Shown here: in pieces, positions 1 through 11,551 of the stretch
How the letters are laid out: each line of letters opens with the position of its first letter
Position numbering within the stretch: the stretch's first letter is position 1
Source of the DNA: Candidatus Bathyarchaeota archaeon
GTDB taxonomy: Archaea > Thermoproteota > Bathyarchaeia > Bathyarchaeales > DTEX01
Reading direction: 5' to 3'
Length of the DNA stretch: 64,000 nt
Assembly (NCBI GenBank): GCA_963714275.1
Contig: CAVQNT010000002.1
Location: 672,001 to 736,000 of the forward strand
Translations under genes and position numbers: made by a program
Notes under the pieces: generated by a model
Seen by the model: only the letters and a program-made list of their open reading frames with translations
Database searches by the model: none
What the model was told of the DNA's origin: nothing

Positions 1-2
1 TC

Positions 3-203
3 GCAGGTCCGGGCATAGCGGACACGGCTTTGTACAGGGATTACCTTAAGCATATGCAGATTTGGTACGTGGTTTTCGAGGCTCAGAGGCGGGGCATAGT
101 CATCGGCATAACGCGGAGCTGCACGGTGACACTGTTCAGTAAAAGCACAATCGGCGACCTCATAAAATACATACAACAAGACATACTAAAACTCATACAA
201 TAA
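3..203 (+). CDS. 3' end of a hypothetical protein (partial, runs off window start)
   Basis: Open frame from position 3 (AGPGIADTALYRDYL...DILKLIQ) to TAA at 201-203. Confidence 0.5.
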   Translation, partial: AGPGIADTALYRDYLKHMQIWYVVFEAQRRGIVIGITRSCTVTLFSKSTIGDLIKYIQQDILKLIQ

Positions 204-238
204 TAAAAAAACCAAGCATATGAATTCATAGGTTACTG

Positions 239-280
239 TTTGTTCTTTAATTGGAAAACTTGGTTGTTACGCAAAATAGA
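239..280 (-). repeat. 42-bp dispersed intergenic repeat, copy 1
   Basis: Minus strand TCTATTTTGCGTAACAACCAAGTTTTCCAATTAAAGAACAAA aligns without gaps to the copies at 2036, 14007 and 33253. Confidence 0.7.
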
Positions 281-441
281 TTATCCTAAACGCAGTGAAT
301 CCACGGTCATATAGTGGTTCCACATATTATTTAAATATAAAAAATTCCCACATAAATTCAAATGTTCTTTTTTTCTTTCTTTCAGTACGCTAGACCACAC
401 ATATATCATATGAGTGATGTCTATACATGCAAGAGCGGAGT

Positions 442-1195
442 TTAGGACTGTTTACGGGATTCTATGTTTACGTCTTTAATAGTTTGTTGTCTGAGCCTTT
501 CGTACAGAATGAGGGCAGTGGACACGCTGACATTAAGTGACTCTATCCTGCCCCGCATGGGAATACGGATAACATTATCGCATTTCCCGAGAAGGGAACG
601 ACTGATACCTCTGTCCTCACCACCAAGCACGAAGGCAACCGCTCCCTTAAGGTTCTCAGAAAAATACTCAGCGAACCCTGATGGGTCTACACCGATGACC
701 CGTATTCCCTTTTCTTGAAGCAGTTTAGTTACAGAATGAAGGTTCTCTCTGAAAAGAGGCACATATAAACTTCCACCCATCGAAGCCCTGTGAACCGTTG
801 GAGTCAACTCAACGCTCCTCCGCTTCGGGATTACAACGGCACTAACGACTGTTGACTCAGCGGTCCTGAGTATGGCTCCGAGGTTCTGAGGGTCCTGAAT
901 TTGTTCAAGAAGCAGCATGCATGAATCGTCGTTCATCCCTTCGACGATTGCCCCCAAAGACCGAATCTGGGATAACTTAACAACCGCTATTACGCCTTGG
1001 TGGCGACCAGTCTCAGACAGCCCATCTAGGCTCAGTCATGCTTGTGAAATTTACTGGAACACCAAGAGCCTTCGATAACTCCATAATAAGCTGAACCTTT
1101 CTTTCCTTTTCAACCTCCCTGGCTACCATGAGCTTAAGCACACGGTGAGCCTTAAGAGCCTCGTATACGGGATTCCTTCCTTCTGCTTGGATCAC
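442..1195 (-). CDS. TrmH/RlmB (SpoU) family RNA 2'-O-methyltransferase (frameshift near 960-1015)
   Basis: EGRNPVYEAL N-terminus, DPQNLGAILRTA, GGEDRGI, IPMRG..ESLNVSV; GGAGG upstream of GTG at 1195. Confidence 0.88.
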
Positions 1196-1588
1196 GCCAC
1201 AAATCCTCCTACCGTCCAATAGGCTAAGACACAAGATCGAATGTTTCGGGTAAACAACAAAATATGGTATGGCTCTCCTGCAGAAAAACCTTAGTTAGCG
1301 GACTCGAAGAAGGAACCTTCAGCAATACGGATGGATCTCGAGGTTCTCGGTGGAATGCCTGAACAGGAATTTATTTGTAACCCTAGACAAACGTGCTCAC
1401 GGGCGAAAAAAGAAATGAAGGAAATCCGCATCATTTCCCAATTTTCTTGGCGTGTTTTTCCTTCTTTTTAATATTCTTTTTCTTCAATGAAGGCATACAC
1501 AAATCTCCACGAAACACATCTTTCAATGATATTACTGTGCGATAGTCTTAAATACTTTTCAACAAAGCGGCATATGAACAATATTCGG

Positions 1589-1953
1589 TTACATTATTGC
1601 GTTGCCTTTGGCACTTTTGGCTTTTTCAAGGTAATCCTCACGGGGCGGATTAAAAACGTCAAGGAACAGGCTCGGCTCATCAGCCAACGAGGCTACGCTG
1701 TGTTTTTCGTTGGGCTTGAACCAGTAGAACATGCCTTCCGTGACTGTGGTTTTCTCGGTTTCTGTGCGGAGTGAGCTCTGCCCTTTAGGCACACGCCCAT
1801 CTGCTCGTGGCGGTGGCTGTGCATGGGAACCTCAGCTCGGTGCGGAATCTCCACAAGCAGAAACATGACGTTCTCGCTGCTGAACACGATTTTGCCTTCA
1901 CTCTCGCAGAACAAGCGAAACGGCTTCAAAACACGGGCGTCGACAACCTTCAA
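1589..1953 (-). CDS. Cupin domain protein (frameshift near 1790)
   Basis: PMHSHRHEQMG and PNEKHSV..LDVFNPPREDY cupin motifs in two frames. Confidence 0.82.
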
Positions 1954-2035
1954 TCCAGATATCCTCCAAACACCTATACAAACAACACAGACATAAAGAA
2001 CTAATCCAATAAAAAACCGTCATTTATTAATGGTT

Positions 2036-2077
2036 ATTGTTTTGCAAACGGAAAATTCTATTGTCACACAAAACAGA
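2036..2077 (-). repeat. 42-bp dispersed intergenic repeat, copy 2
   Basis: Minus strand TCTGTTTTGTGTGACAATAGAATTTTCCGTTTGCAAAACAAT. Confidence 0.8.
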
Positions 2078-2171
2078 CCAGTCTGAGACGTATGAATTGA
2101 TGATTGTTGATAGATACTATATATAGATAAATCCTCACAACCGCGCGGAGAGGCTTATATTAAGAAAATGA

Positions 2172-2637
2172 TTATGATTTTGGCAGGGCATATGTAGACT
2201 GGATAATGTCATCTGTTCCCCACTGGAGAAACTGTGAGATACGGTTGAATTCCAGGTTCTGCGCATAATCTAAAGCATCAATATACCACTGTATCCCTAG
2301 GTCTAACAAGTCTATACTTCGCGTGTAGGTGGGAAAAGCGACATTCCTCATCTCAGTTAACTCGGTCCTTAACGCAGTCATACCGGTTTTTAGGTTCGCC
2401 ATCCGAATTATAAAAGTCGAGTTGTCGATGCTATGGTTAGCTAAAGCTTGTTATGTCGTCGCTCATGTTGCCCAAGATGACTTGGGTTCTGGAGTAAATG
2501 CTGTTAAGCCTCCCAGCAGTCTGCGCGCTTGACAGACCGGATGACATAAAGAAAAGAACGTAAACCCCGGACACAGTGGCTACAATTGCAATTGCCACAA
2601 ATATGAAAAACAGAAAAGCCCTCTTCTTCAACCGCAA
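2172..2637 (-). CDS. Hypothetical membrane-anchored helical protein (frameshift near 2440)
   Basis: KKR plus hydrophobic N-terminal anchor; continues in a second frame to the stop at 2172. Confidence 0.55.
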
Positions 2638-2723
2638 CGGACCAAACCACCATGAAACCAGATATGGAAAATAGTTACAACCTCTTTATACCGTTTTTTC
2701 TCCACAACACCCAAAAGCCGCCA

Positions 2724-3839
2724 TCAATCAACAGGAAACCTGACGAGAACCCGCCCGGGCTTAATCCGCGACTCACCCTCCTCAGTGTCCGCATACCTGA
2801 AAGCCGCCTCCAAATTCCCAGCTGACATAACTGTGAAGCTCCTATCAGAAATAGCCCTTTTTACCTGAGTCCTGAAAACATCGTCCTTCAGCAAATCCAA
2901 AACCCGAACATAATGCTCCATCCGGCTGCGCGTCGAACCCATGAACGTCAAACCCTTGTTAACGACATTAGTCACCGCGACGGGAACTTCACCCAACGAA
3001 ATCCCAAGCAAAACACACCTGCCGCCCGGTCTTAAAAGATGAACAGCTTGGGCAACCGTAACCCTATGAGCGCCTCCGCCAGCAGCCTCAAAAACAACGT
3101 CCACGCCATCAGTCAAAGCCTCAAGCCTCAGCCTTTCACTCATAGAATTCAGGGGAGAAGCAAAATCTTTGGTTAAAGCCAGCTTTTCATCAACCACACC
3201 CACGAAAAACAGGTCTTCAACAGGAACCTTCGCCACGGACGAAACCACCGCAGTCACGAGGTAACCAACCGTCCCGTCGCCGATGACCGCAACCCTTTCG
3301 CCTGAACTGATGCCTGCGGACTCAACAGCGTTCAAAGCAACCGAAACAGGCTCAGACAAAGCAGCAACCTCCAAACTGACGCCGTCTGGAACAGGAACAA
3401 CGCGGGATTCGGGGTAAACAAAAAAGGTCCGAGCTAAACCGTCCATGGTTGCAGCCATGTACCGTCCTTCACGGCAAAGGTTCTCACGAAGGTTCAGGCA
3501 CGCACGGCATTTTCCGCACGGAACCAGCGGGTCAACAACCACCTTCGTCCCTTTCTGCAGCTTCGTACCATGCCCAGATTCGACAACCTCAGCCACACCC
3601 TCATGCAGCAAACATATGGGAAGCCGCTTCTTGAGCTTCTCAGCCTCCTTTTGACCTTTAAAGTAAAGCATTTCGCTGCCACAAATCCCAGCCACAACGG
3701 GCTTAAGCAAAAGCCAGCCGTCAGGAACAGAATCGATGACCCGCTTCCGCTCGACAAACGTGAAAGGCTCAACCAAACAGTATTCCCGAGCAACAACCTC
3801 CGCAATCTTCAAGGGCAACTTCAAAAACCCCAAGTTCAA
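2724..3839 (-). CDS. Zn-dependent MDR alcohol dehydrogenase, TarJ (ribitol-5-P dehydrogenase)-like
   Basis: GICGSE, KKRLPICLLHEG, structural Zn CGKCRAC..C, GDGTVG; TTGA start/stop overlap with hisI. Confidence 0.82.
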   Translation of the reverse strand: MNLGFLKLPLKIAEVVAREYCLVEPFTFVERKRVIDSVPDGWLLLKPVVAGICGSEMLYFKGQKEAEKLKKRLPICLLHEGVAEVVESGHGTKLQKGTKVVVDPLVPCGKCRACLNLRENLCREGRYMAATMDGLARTFFVYPESRVVPVPDGVSLEVAALSEPVSVALNAVESAGISSGERVAVIGDGTVGYLVTAVVSSVAKVPVEDLFFVGVVDEKLALTKDFASPLNSMSERLRLEALTDGVDVVFEAAGGGAHRVTVAQAVHLLRPGGRCVLLGISLGEVPVAVTNVVNKGLTFMGSTRSRMEHYVRVLDLLKDDVFRTQVKRAISDRSFTVMSAGNLEAAFRYADTEEGESRIKPGRVLVRFPVD

Positions 3840-4195
3840 GTTTGTTTCTTTTGTTCAGCTTTCAGCTTGTTGTGGAAACACGTCTCCTCGCCCAAGTGGC
3901 AAGCTGGACCCTTAGGCTTAATCAGAAACAGAACCGCGTCGCCGTCGCAGTCAACTAGTATGTCGACGACTTCCTGAACGTTCCCAGAGGACTCACCCTT
4001 TTTCATCACGCGACCGAAAGACCGCCGATAAAAATGGGCAAGCCCAGACTCAATGGTCCGTTTCAAGGCTTCACGGTCAACGTAAGCTAAACTCAGAACC
4101 TGCTTAGACTCAGAGTCCTGAACGATGACGGGAATTAATCCACCTACTTTACTGAAGCCCAGCTCGTCAAGGCTTAACAGTTTTTTAGGCTTCAA
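3836..4195 (-). CDS. hisI: Phosphoribosyl-AMP cyclohydrolase
   Basis: [31 protein letters not shown]; no HisE domain. Confidence 0.93.
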   Translation of the reverse strand: MKPKKLLSLDELGFSKVGGLIPVIVQDSESKQVLSLAYVDREALKRTIESGLAHFYRRSFGRVMKKGESSGNVQEVVDILVDCDGDAVLFLIKPKGPACHLGEETCFHNKLKAEQKKQT

Positions 4196-5002
4196 ACTCG
4201 AACAGCCACACCCCTTTCAGCCAAAAACCGCTTCACAACAGGAATAGGAAACTTGTCGTAATGGAAAACCGAAGCAGCCAAAGCCGCATCAGCCTTCCCA
4301 GCAACGAAAGCATCAAGAAAATGCTCAGGCTTCCCCGCTCCGCCGCTCGCAATGACGGGAACGTTGACCCTTTCAACCACGCTTCTGGTCAACTCAAGGT
4401 CATACCCATCCTCTGTTCCGTCACGGTCCATCGAAGTCACGAGAAGCTCCCCGCCCCTAACTCCTCAACCTGTTCAGCCCAACGAAGCGCATCGATGCCC
4501 GTAGGCTTTCCACCAGTGCCGCCGTAAGTGTGAACCTCAAACCAGCAAGACCCATCAAATGTGTTAACCATGACCTTGTCGGAACGTTCTTCGAACCTTC
4601 TTTTCGCATCAATCGCCACAACAACGCACTGCCGCCCAAAAATCTCAGCCAACTCGCTAACCAACCCAGGATTCTCAACAGGAGCCGTATTAATTGAAAC
4701 CTTGTCCGCGCCGTTACAGAGAACGACACGGGCATCCTCAACGCTTCGAATTCCACCCCCAACTGTGAACGGGATGCCAACCTCAGTCTGCCACAGCCCG
4801 AACAACGTCCTTGAGAATGTCGCGTTTCTCGGGAGAAGCCGTAATGTCCAAGAAAACAAGCTCATCAGCGCCCTCCTCGCTGTAACGCCTGCCGAGGCTC
4901 AACGGGGTCACCTGCGCCTCTGTGACCCAAGAAACGGACGCCCTTAACGACCCTTCCGTGGTCAACGTCGAGGCACGGAATAATCCTCTTCGCCAAAACC
5001 AA
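4192..5002 (-). CDS. hisF: Imidazole glycerol phosphate synthase cyclase subunit (several indels)
   Basis: [46 protein letters not shown] spread over several frames. Confidence 0.93.
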
Positions 5003-5020
5003 CCTCAGCCAACCTCCCTA

Positions 5021-5750
5021 TTATGGGTCCTTAACGGTTCTTAAGGCTTCATTTAAACTAAACCTTCCTTCGTAAAGGGCTTTCCCAACGACGACCGCAC
5101 CTACGCCTAATGTCTTCAGAGCCACAAGATCATCTAGACTTCCGATACCTCCAGCAGCAATCACACTGACGCCTTTCCGACAAAGCTGAGACAAAACATC
5201 AAGATCAGGACCCGACAAGGTTCCGTCCCGAGCCACAGAAGTCACCAAAAAAAGCTTGACGCCCATCTTGGAAAACCGTGCCACAGCCTCAGACGCGGAG
5301 ACCTTGGCAGAAGCCTTCCATCCCCGAATCATAACCAAACCTTCAAGGTTGTCCAGAGCCACAATTACACGTTCCTCGCCAAACTCGCATAAAAGAGCCT
5401 CAACAACAGAAGGTGAAGAGAAAGCAACTGACCCCAAAACCACCCGTTTGACGCCAGTTAAAAGTAAACGACGGGTTGCTTCAACGCTTCGTATTCCGCC
5501 CCCAACCTGAAGCTGAACCCTAACAGCTTTGGCGATTAATTCCACCATGTTCAGGTTGCTTCCCAGCTCCCAAGACTGCATCCAAATCAACAACGTGAAC
5601 GAAACGGGCTCCCTCAGCCTCCCACTTTTTTGCCACGGAAACAGGGTCGCCTAAACGCTCGTAAGAAGTTGCCAGCTTAGGGTCTCCACAAACAAGCCTG
5701 ACAACCTTGCCACCCATCAGATCAACCGCTGGAATAATGTCCACAGCCAA
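5021..5750 (-). CDS. hisA: ProFAR isomerase (frameshifted)
   Basis: IIPAVDLMGGKVVRL, HVVDLDA, QVGGGIRS, RDGTLSGPD. Confidence 0.92.
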
Positions 5751-5757
5751 CCCTCTC

Positions 5758-6366
5758 TCATTTTTTTATGATTTCAGCAAAGTTGCGGAGGACGACTTCG
5801 CCTGGTTTACCCGACTTTTCTGGGTGAAACTGGGTGCCCCAAACGTTCCCGCAGGCAACAACCGAAGCGAATCTTAAGCCATAGTCCGTTTCTGCCACAA
5901 CAACGTTTCTGTCAACTGGATTGCCGTAGTAGCTGATGGACAAAATAGAAAAAATCATTGTCACTGATTCCGTCCAAAAGACCATTCGGTCTGACGACTT
6001 CGAGCGTGTTCCAACCCATGTGCGGAATCTTCGTAGCCAGAGGCAGCTTTACGACTTTGCCTTTCAGTATGCCTAAACCTTCACCCTGACTTTCCTCGCT
6101 GGATTCGAAAAGAAGTCTGCATCCCCAAGCAGACACCTAAAAGCGGAACCCCGCGTCCAACGAGTTCAGCAATCTCGTCTTTCATCGCTTGAATGTTTTG
6201 GGACCCCGCCCTAAAGTTGCCAACACCAGGCAAGACAACCGCATCTACGTTTTCAAGACTCCTTGAACCTGAAACGATGTTGGCTTCTAAACCCGTCTTT
6301 CGCAGGGCGCATGTTATGCTAAAGAGGTTGCCGACGCCGCAGTCGATTATGGCAACTTCGGGGAAC
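5758..6366 (-). CDS. hisH: IGP synthase glutamine amidotransferase subunit (frameshifted; start approximate)
   Basis: IIDCGVGNL, PGVGNF, IPHMGWN, TQFHPEKSG. Confidence 0.92.
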
Positions 6367-6944
6367 CTAGATCACCCCTTTTGAGGCTGGGAATTCCGCC
6401 TCTTCTGGAATCAAGCGAAACAGCTTGCCGTAACGCCAAAGCCAAAGCCTTGAAGGCAGCCTCAACCTTGTGGTGATCATTCGCGCCGTACTGAACCCAA
6501 ATGTGGATGTTCGCCCGTAAAGCCATAGCCAACGTTTCAAGAAAATGCATGATGTTCTCGCAAGGCATGTCCTCAACCCTTTTGCCTCTCAGCTTCAGGT
6601 CGACCACCACATAAGGTCTCTTAGCAAGATCAACAGCTGCCAACGCTAGGGAACAGTCCATAGGCACAATCGCATACCCAAACCTCGTTATCCCAGATGC
6701 GGAGCCTAAAGCCTTCAGAATCAGCTTCGCCGAGACAGATAGCCACGTCCTCAAGCGTGTGATGCGTCAAATCTCCCTTAGCTTTAACAGTTATGTCGAT
6801 TAGGCTGTGGGTGGCAAGAGACTTCAACATGTGGTCCAGAAACTCAATCCCAGTTTCAACCTCAGCAACGCCTTGGCCATCAAGGTTAACCTTTACACTG
6901 ACATCGGTTTCGCTCGTTTTTCTTGAAACTTCGCCTACACGCAA
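6367..6944 (-). CDS. hisB: Imidazoleglycerol-phosphate dehydratase (frameshifted)
   Basis: [31 protein letters not shown]. Confidence 0.93.
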
Positions 6945-6946
6945 CT

Positions 6947-8152
6947 TTATCCTCTCCTGATAGCTCCCAATATTGAAGGTAAATCGTTAACTGAAGGTAT
7001 AACTATGTCGCAACCAGACTCTAGGAAACCGTCACGAACAACGTCGTCAAGACCCGAATAATGGTAGACGCTAGCAAAAACGTAACTCTTGCCAGTTTTC
7101 GACGCGTCCTCAGCCATCAAAGCGTCCTCCATGGAATCCCCAACATAAAGCACCAAATTAGGTTCACCAAGTCCCTCTGCAGCCTTAAGAAGCGAATAAG
7201 GATTCGGCTTCCTCAAATTGACCAGCACCCCCTTTTCTTTTGAAAGTTTACGTTCAGCCTCCACCGCATTCTCCAAAAAAATTAGGGCTCTGGGGTCAAA
7301 TTGTTCAATCAAATCTCCCAGAACATATTTTGCGGGTTTAGACCAGCTGCCAGACGCAATGCCGAGCTTTCTTCCGCCTAAAAGCAAGGCTAATTTTTTA
7401 AGAACCGCTGGCTGAACGATAATTTTTTCATTTTCAATCATCCCAGAACCGTTGTTGAAGGCAGGTTCGACCCCGAAAGTTTGTTTAAACAGTTTTGCAC
7501 CGCAAAAGAACTCCTCCTGAGCAGTGGCAATTATGCTTTTACCGACTTCAGCGGGAAAGTAAAGGAAACTACTCAAAACACCGTAAAAGGCATTAAAGTC
7601 CCCGCTTGAGCCAGCTCTTTCAGCCAAGACTTTGTCAACAGACGCTATACCTGACGCGTCGAGAAGCTTCGCGAACTCCTTCAGGTTGCGAACCGTTTCC
7701 TCAAAAAAACCTTCGATCAAGAAACCTTTTTTGAATTCTATTTTTGTACCATTCATAGCCAATGAAAGCCGTTTAAAAGGGTCTTGTTGCGTTCCTATTT
7801 TCGTAATTAGTTTTTTTAGGACGTCCCTACAATCATCTGGTAAGCTGCAGAGAATGAACATGAGGGTTCCATAAACTGTGTCCCAATCGTTGTTGAACCC
7901 TCCGGTCTTTCTGAAAAGGTAGATAACTTCGTTGGAAATCAACCTTTCTGGGACCTCGAAGTTTGTTAGGGCTTTGAGTGTGTAGGAGACGGTTTTGGCG
8001 ATGGCTTTATTGTATGATTCCCGTATGTCAACAAGCACACCGTCGCAGTCGAATATGACACCGTCAACGTGTTTCAGCTGAGAAAGCTTGTCTTTCCTTA
8101 CGTACGCCTTTTGACCGTCAACACTGAAAACGTTATAGTTTTTTACCCACAT
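6947..8152 (-). CDS. HAD-superfamily hydrolase, probable histidinol-phosphate phosphatase
   Basis: FDCDGVLVD motif I, KPNP, VGDSMED; lies between hisC and hisB. Confidence 0.75.
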   Translation of the reverse strand: MWVKNYNVFSVDGQKAYVRKDKLSQLKHVDGVIFDCDGVLVDIRESYNKAIAKTVSYTLKALTNFEVPERLISNEVIYLFRKTGGFNNDWDTVYGTLMFILCSLPDDCRDVLKKLITKIGTQQDPFKRLSLAMNGTKIEFKKGFLIEGFFEETVRNLKEFAKLLDASGIASVDKVLAERAGSSGDFNAFYGVLSSFLYFPAEVGKSIIATAQEEFFCGAKLFKQTFGVEPAFNNGSGMIENEKIIVQPAVLKKLALLLGGRKLGIASGSWSKPAKYVLGDLIEQFDPRALIFLENAVEAERKLSKEKGVLVNLRKPNPYSLLKAAEGLGEPNLVLYVGDSMEDALMAEDASKTGKSYVFASVYHYSGLDDVVRDGFLESGCDIVIPSVNDLPSILGAIRRG

Positions 8153-9268
8153 TCAGCCCAAGACCTCCTTTAAGGCTTTCAGGAACCTGTCCATCATTGG
8201 CTGAGGGGCAACCGTGACCCTTAAACAGTTTTTGCTGCTCAAAACCTGCCCAATGTTTCTCACAATCACGCCTTTGTCGAGGAGCTTCTTGTAGACCGTT
8301 TCTGAACCTTTAACAGTTTGGAAGAGAACAAAGTTCGTTTCAGAACCGAAGGCTCTGACTCCGACGATTTTGTTAAGGGCTTCTATGAGGATGCTGCGTT
8401 GAACTTTTACTTCATCTATGGCTTTGTTGATGACATCCATTCTTCCCAAAATCTTTGAAGACGCCCTCAAAGTGACAAGCGTTACCGTGTATGGCATCTG
8501 GAACCTTTCGTCCATGACCTTTGCCAAGACAGGATTTGAAACTGCACAGCCCAATCTTAAGCCAGCTAAGCCAAAAACTTTTGAAAATGTTCTGAAGACA
8601 ACTAGATTCTCGTAGTCGCCGACCGCTTCGATGATGGAGCTGCCAGAAAAATCAGCATAAGCCTCATCAACCGCAACGATTCCGTCAAAATTTTTTGCTA
8701 AATACTCGATGTCTCGACAGGCAAGACTGTTTGCAGTCGGATTATTCGGAGAGCAGAGGAAGATTACTTTGGTTTTAAGTGAAACAGCGTCCAGCAATCC
8801 TTCTGTGTCAAGGGAAAAATCCTCCTTGAGAGGAACAGGCTTGTAGGTTGCTCCCTGAATTCTTATGCACCGCTCGTAAATCGAAAACGTCGGCGAAATA
8901 GAGAGGGCTTCGTCGTCTTTTCCGAGCATCATCCTCGAGACTAAATCTATGAGATTGTCGCTTCCTGTACCAACCACTATCTGGTTAGGCAAAACCCCGA
9001 GATACTTGCCCAAGGCTTCCTTAAGCTCCACGTATTCGTCTCTCGGATAAATGCGAGGGTCAACCTCACCCACGGATTCACTTAGAATGTTGCGGAGGAA
9101 ATCCAGAGGAACAAAAAAATTCTCGTTAGAGTTTAACTTCAAAATCTGCTCAGGCTTCTTTCCTAATTTACGAGCCAAGCCATCAACCGTTTCTCCGACA
9201 TCGTAAACGCTTAAGCCTTGAGCCTCAGCAAGAACCTTCTTAACGGTTGCCCCGCTTCGTTTACGCAT
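8153..9268 (-). CDS. hisC: Histidinol-phosphate aminotransferase
   Basis: KLNSNEN, SPNNPT, DEAY, RTFSKVFGLAGLRLG. Confidence 0.95.
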   Translation of the reverse strand: MRKRSGATVKKVLAEAQGLSVYDVGETVDGLARKLGKKPEQILKLNSNENFFVPLDFLRNILSESVGEVDPRIYPRDEYVELKEALGKYLGVLPNQIVVGTGSDNLIDLVSRMMLGKDDEALSISPTFSIYERCIRIQGATYKPVPLKEDFSLDTEGLLDAVSLKTKVIFLCSPNNPTANSLACRDIEYLAKNFDGIVAVDEAYADFSGSSIIEAVGDYENLVVFRTFSKVFGLAGLRLGCAVSNPVLAKVMDERFQMPYTVTLVTLRASSKILGRMDVINKAIDEVKVQRSILIEALNKIVGVRAFGSETNFVLFQTVKGSETVYKKLLDKGVIVRNIGQVLSSKNCLRVTVAPQPMMDRFLKALKEVLG

Positions 9269-10568
9269 TTTTGAACCGTCCCTCCACAGCCAAAGAGTGG
9301 TTAAGAAGACCCTCTGCTTCAGCCATAACCTTCGCTGTTTTTCTCACTTTAAGGAGTCCTTGCTTTGAACACTCAACGATGTTGAACCGTTTAACGAAAT
9401 CGAAGACCGAAAGCCCAGAGTAAACGTGGCTGAAACCCTCGGTTGGAAGAATGTGAACCGTCCCAAGGCAATAGTCGCTCGCAGCAACAGGCGTGTAATC
9501 GCCAACCAAGACCAAGCCTGCGGACTTAATCTGTTCAGCAACACCCCAGCCATCATTAGACAAAACTTCAAGGTGTTCAGGAGCAAACTCGTTCACGAAC
9601 CCAACAGCCTCCTGAATGTTCTTGCAGACAACTATACAACCGTTTTTTGCTAGATTTTGAGCAACCATCCCGCAATTGGGAACCGTTTTAATGGCTTTTT
9701 GTAACTCTTTTACTACGGATTCTGAAACTTTCTGCGATGTCGTCACAAGAACCGCAACACCGTCCAAGTGCTCTGCCTGAGAAATCAAGTCCAAAGCAAC
9801 CGTACGCGGATTCGTTGTTTCATCAGCCAGCACGACAATTTCGCTTGGACCTGCAGGAACGTCAATCGGCAAATCCTGCGACACCAGCATCTTTGCTGCC
9901 ACGACGTATTTGTTGCCAGGTCCAACCAGCTTGTCAACGGGCTTAATTGTTTCAGTTCCGTACGCCATCGCTGCAACTGCCTGAGCGCCGCCTACTCGGT
10001 AGACTTCGTTGACTCCGCATATGTCTGCAGCCACCAAAATTGACGGGTCAATTTCGCCCTCGCTTCGGGGCGGCGAACAAACAACAATTTCGGGCACACC
10101 AGCGACCTTGGCTGGAGCAATCGTCATGACTAGGCTGCTCGAGTAAGCTGCTTCTCCTCCTGGAACGTAACAGCCTAACCTGCGGATTGGAGCAACGCAG
10201 CTGCGAAATTTTGTTCCGTTTGCTTCATACTGGAAGCTGAGTCGTTGAAGGAGCCTTTTTTGGGATGCTTCGACGCGTCTTTTGACAAACTTAATAGCAG
10301 AAACCTGTGCTCTACTGACTTTCAGATACGCTTTTCTGATGTCTTCGCTGTCCACTTTTATTTGGTTGTTAGACAGTTTCACGCCGTCTAATTTTTGGGC
10401 GAAATCAACGAGGGCTGAGTCACCTCGCTTCTTAACGTCCTCAATTATGGTTTTCGCTTGTCCTGTAACTTCGGAGTCAAAGCGTTTATTGTTCGGCCAT
10501 CTATTCTTTAAGATGGTAGTCTGTGCAGCGGAACAATCAAGCATTCTCATTTTGAGTTCACTGTTCAA
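9261..10568 (-). CDS. hisD: Histidinol dehydrogenase
   Basis: YVPGG, GGAQAVAAMAYG, GPGNKYV, AGPSE, SQAEH, APEHL. Confidence 0.96.
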   Translation of the reverse strand: MNSELKMRMLDCSAAQTTILKNRWPNNKRFDSEVTGQAKTIIEDVKKRGDSALVDFAQKLDGVKLSNNQIKVDSEDIRKAYLKVSRAQVSAIKFVKRRVEASQKRLLQRLSFQYEANGTKFRSCVAPIRRLGCYVPGGEAAYSSSLVMTIAPAKVAGVPEIVVCSPPRSEGEIDPSILVAADICGVNEVYRVGGAQAVAAMAYGTETIKPVDKLVGPGNKYVVAAKMLVSQDLPIDVPAGPSEIVVLADETTNPRTVALDLISQAEHLDGVAVLVTTSQKVSESVVKELQKAIKTVPNCGMVAQNLAKNGCIVVCKNIQEAVGFVNEFAPEHLEVLSNDGWGVAEQIKSAGLVLVGDYTPVAASDYCLGTVHILPTEGFSHVYSGLSVFDFVKRFNIVECSKQGLLKVRKTAKVMAEAEGLLNHSLAVEGRFKNA

Positions 10569-11551
10569 CTTTCGCTGTTTCCCCCAAAATTCATCTCGTC
10601 GAGTGGCAGTACTTGGCGAGGCTCATAGACGACCAGTCCCTGAGCGAGCTTCCTTAAGGTCGGCAGAATCTCCAAGAAACGGTCTCTTTCGATGACCGTG
10701 TTCACCGAAAACCAGTCTTTGTCCGAAAGGGGAGAAACCGTTGGTCGCCTTAAAGCAGGCAAACTCGTTAACAGTTTTTCGAGGTTTTTTTTGTTGACGT
10801 TCACGAAGATGTGAAGTTTCTTCCTACCGTCCACGACTCCTCTCAAAAGAGTGATAATGTCGTAGATTTTTTCCTGTTTCGCCGGGTCTCTGAACGCCTT
10901 TTTGTTGGCTATCAAAATTGCGGTTGACTCCATCACAGCTTCCACGGTTTTAAGGTCGTTCTGTTCCAAAGTAGACCCAGTGTCAGCAACGTCGATTATG
11001 GCGTCAGCGTTCTCCGGTGGTTTAGCCTCAGTTGCACCGAAAGAAAGGAACAGGGCAACCTTGTCGTTCTGACCCTTCTTCCACCACGGCGTAATCATGA
11101 GAGGGTCTTTAGCACCATAAAGCGCGTTGTAGACGGGGTTCTTTTTCAGGAATTCCGCTGACAGGTTAAGGTACTCAGTTGAAACCCTCAGGGTCTTTCC
11201 TTGCTTAGAGAAACTTTCCAGCAGTTCTGAAAGGGAATTTATTTCCGTCCAAGGTTTTGGGACAGCTAGGACAAGTTTGACCCATGAGTATTCTAGGTCA
11301 AGCAAGACTTCAACGTCGACCTTGGTTTCCTGCAACCAGTCTTGGCCGGTGATACCTAGGTCTTGCAGTCCTTCGTTGACATAGATGGGGATTTCTTGGG
11401 GTCTCAGTACCTTTAACTCCATCATTGGGTCATTGACCTTTGGACGGTACGTTGTGTCTCCGCCTGAGATTACATATCCTGCGCGTTCCAACGTTTTGAA
11501 CGTGGCTTCTGCCAGGTGTCCTTTCGGGATGGCTAACCTAACTTTCTCCAT
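10565..11551 (-). CDS. hisG: ATP phosphoribosyltransferase, long form
   Basis: LAIPKG, RPQEIP, DLGITG, GATEA, C-terminal regulatory domain (PTVSPL). Confidence 0.95.
   Translation of the reverse strand: MEKVRLAIPKGHLAEATFKTLERAGYVISGGDTTYRPKVNDPMMELKVLRPQEIPIYVNEGLQDLGITGQDWLQETKVDVEVLLDLEYSWVKLVLAVPKPWTEINSLSELLESFSKQGKTLRVSTEYLNLSAEFLKKNPVYNALYGAKDPLMITPWWKKGQNDKVALFLSFGATEAKPPENADAIIDVADTGSTLEQNDLKTVEAVMESTAILIANKKAFRDPAKQEKIYDIITLLRGVVDGRKKLHIFVNVNKKNLEKLLTSLPALRRPTVSPLSDKDWFSVNTVIERDRFLEILPTLRKLAQGLVVYEPRQVLPLDEMNFGGNSES

Noticed and set aside
1270-1490. Possible ncRNA or long hairpin between trmH and the cupin gene
   Set aside because: Pairing comes from low-complexity A/G versus T/C tracts; no C/D box, H/ACA or tRNA features were seen.
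239-2077. Repeat as an integron attC or Xer dif site
   Set aside because: It lacks RYYYAAC/GTTRRRY ends and a long palindrome, and lacks the 11-6-11 dif symmetry.
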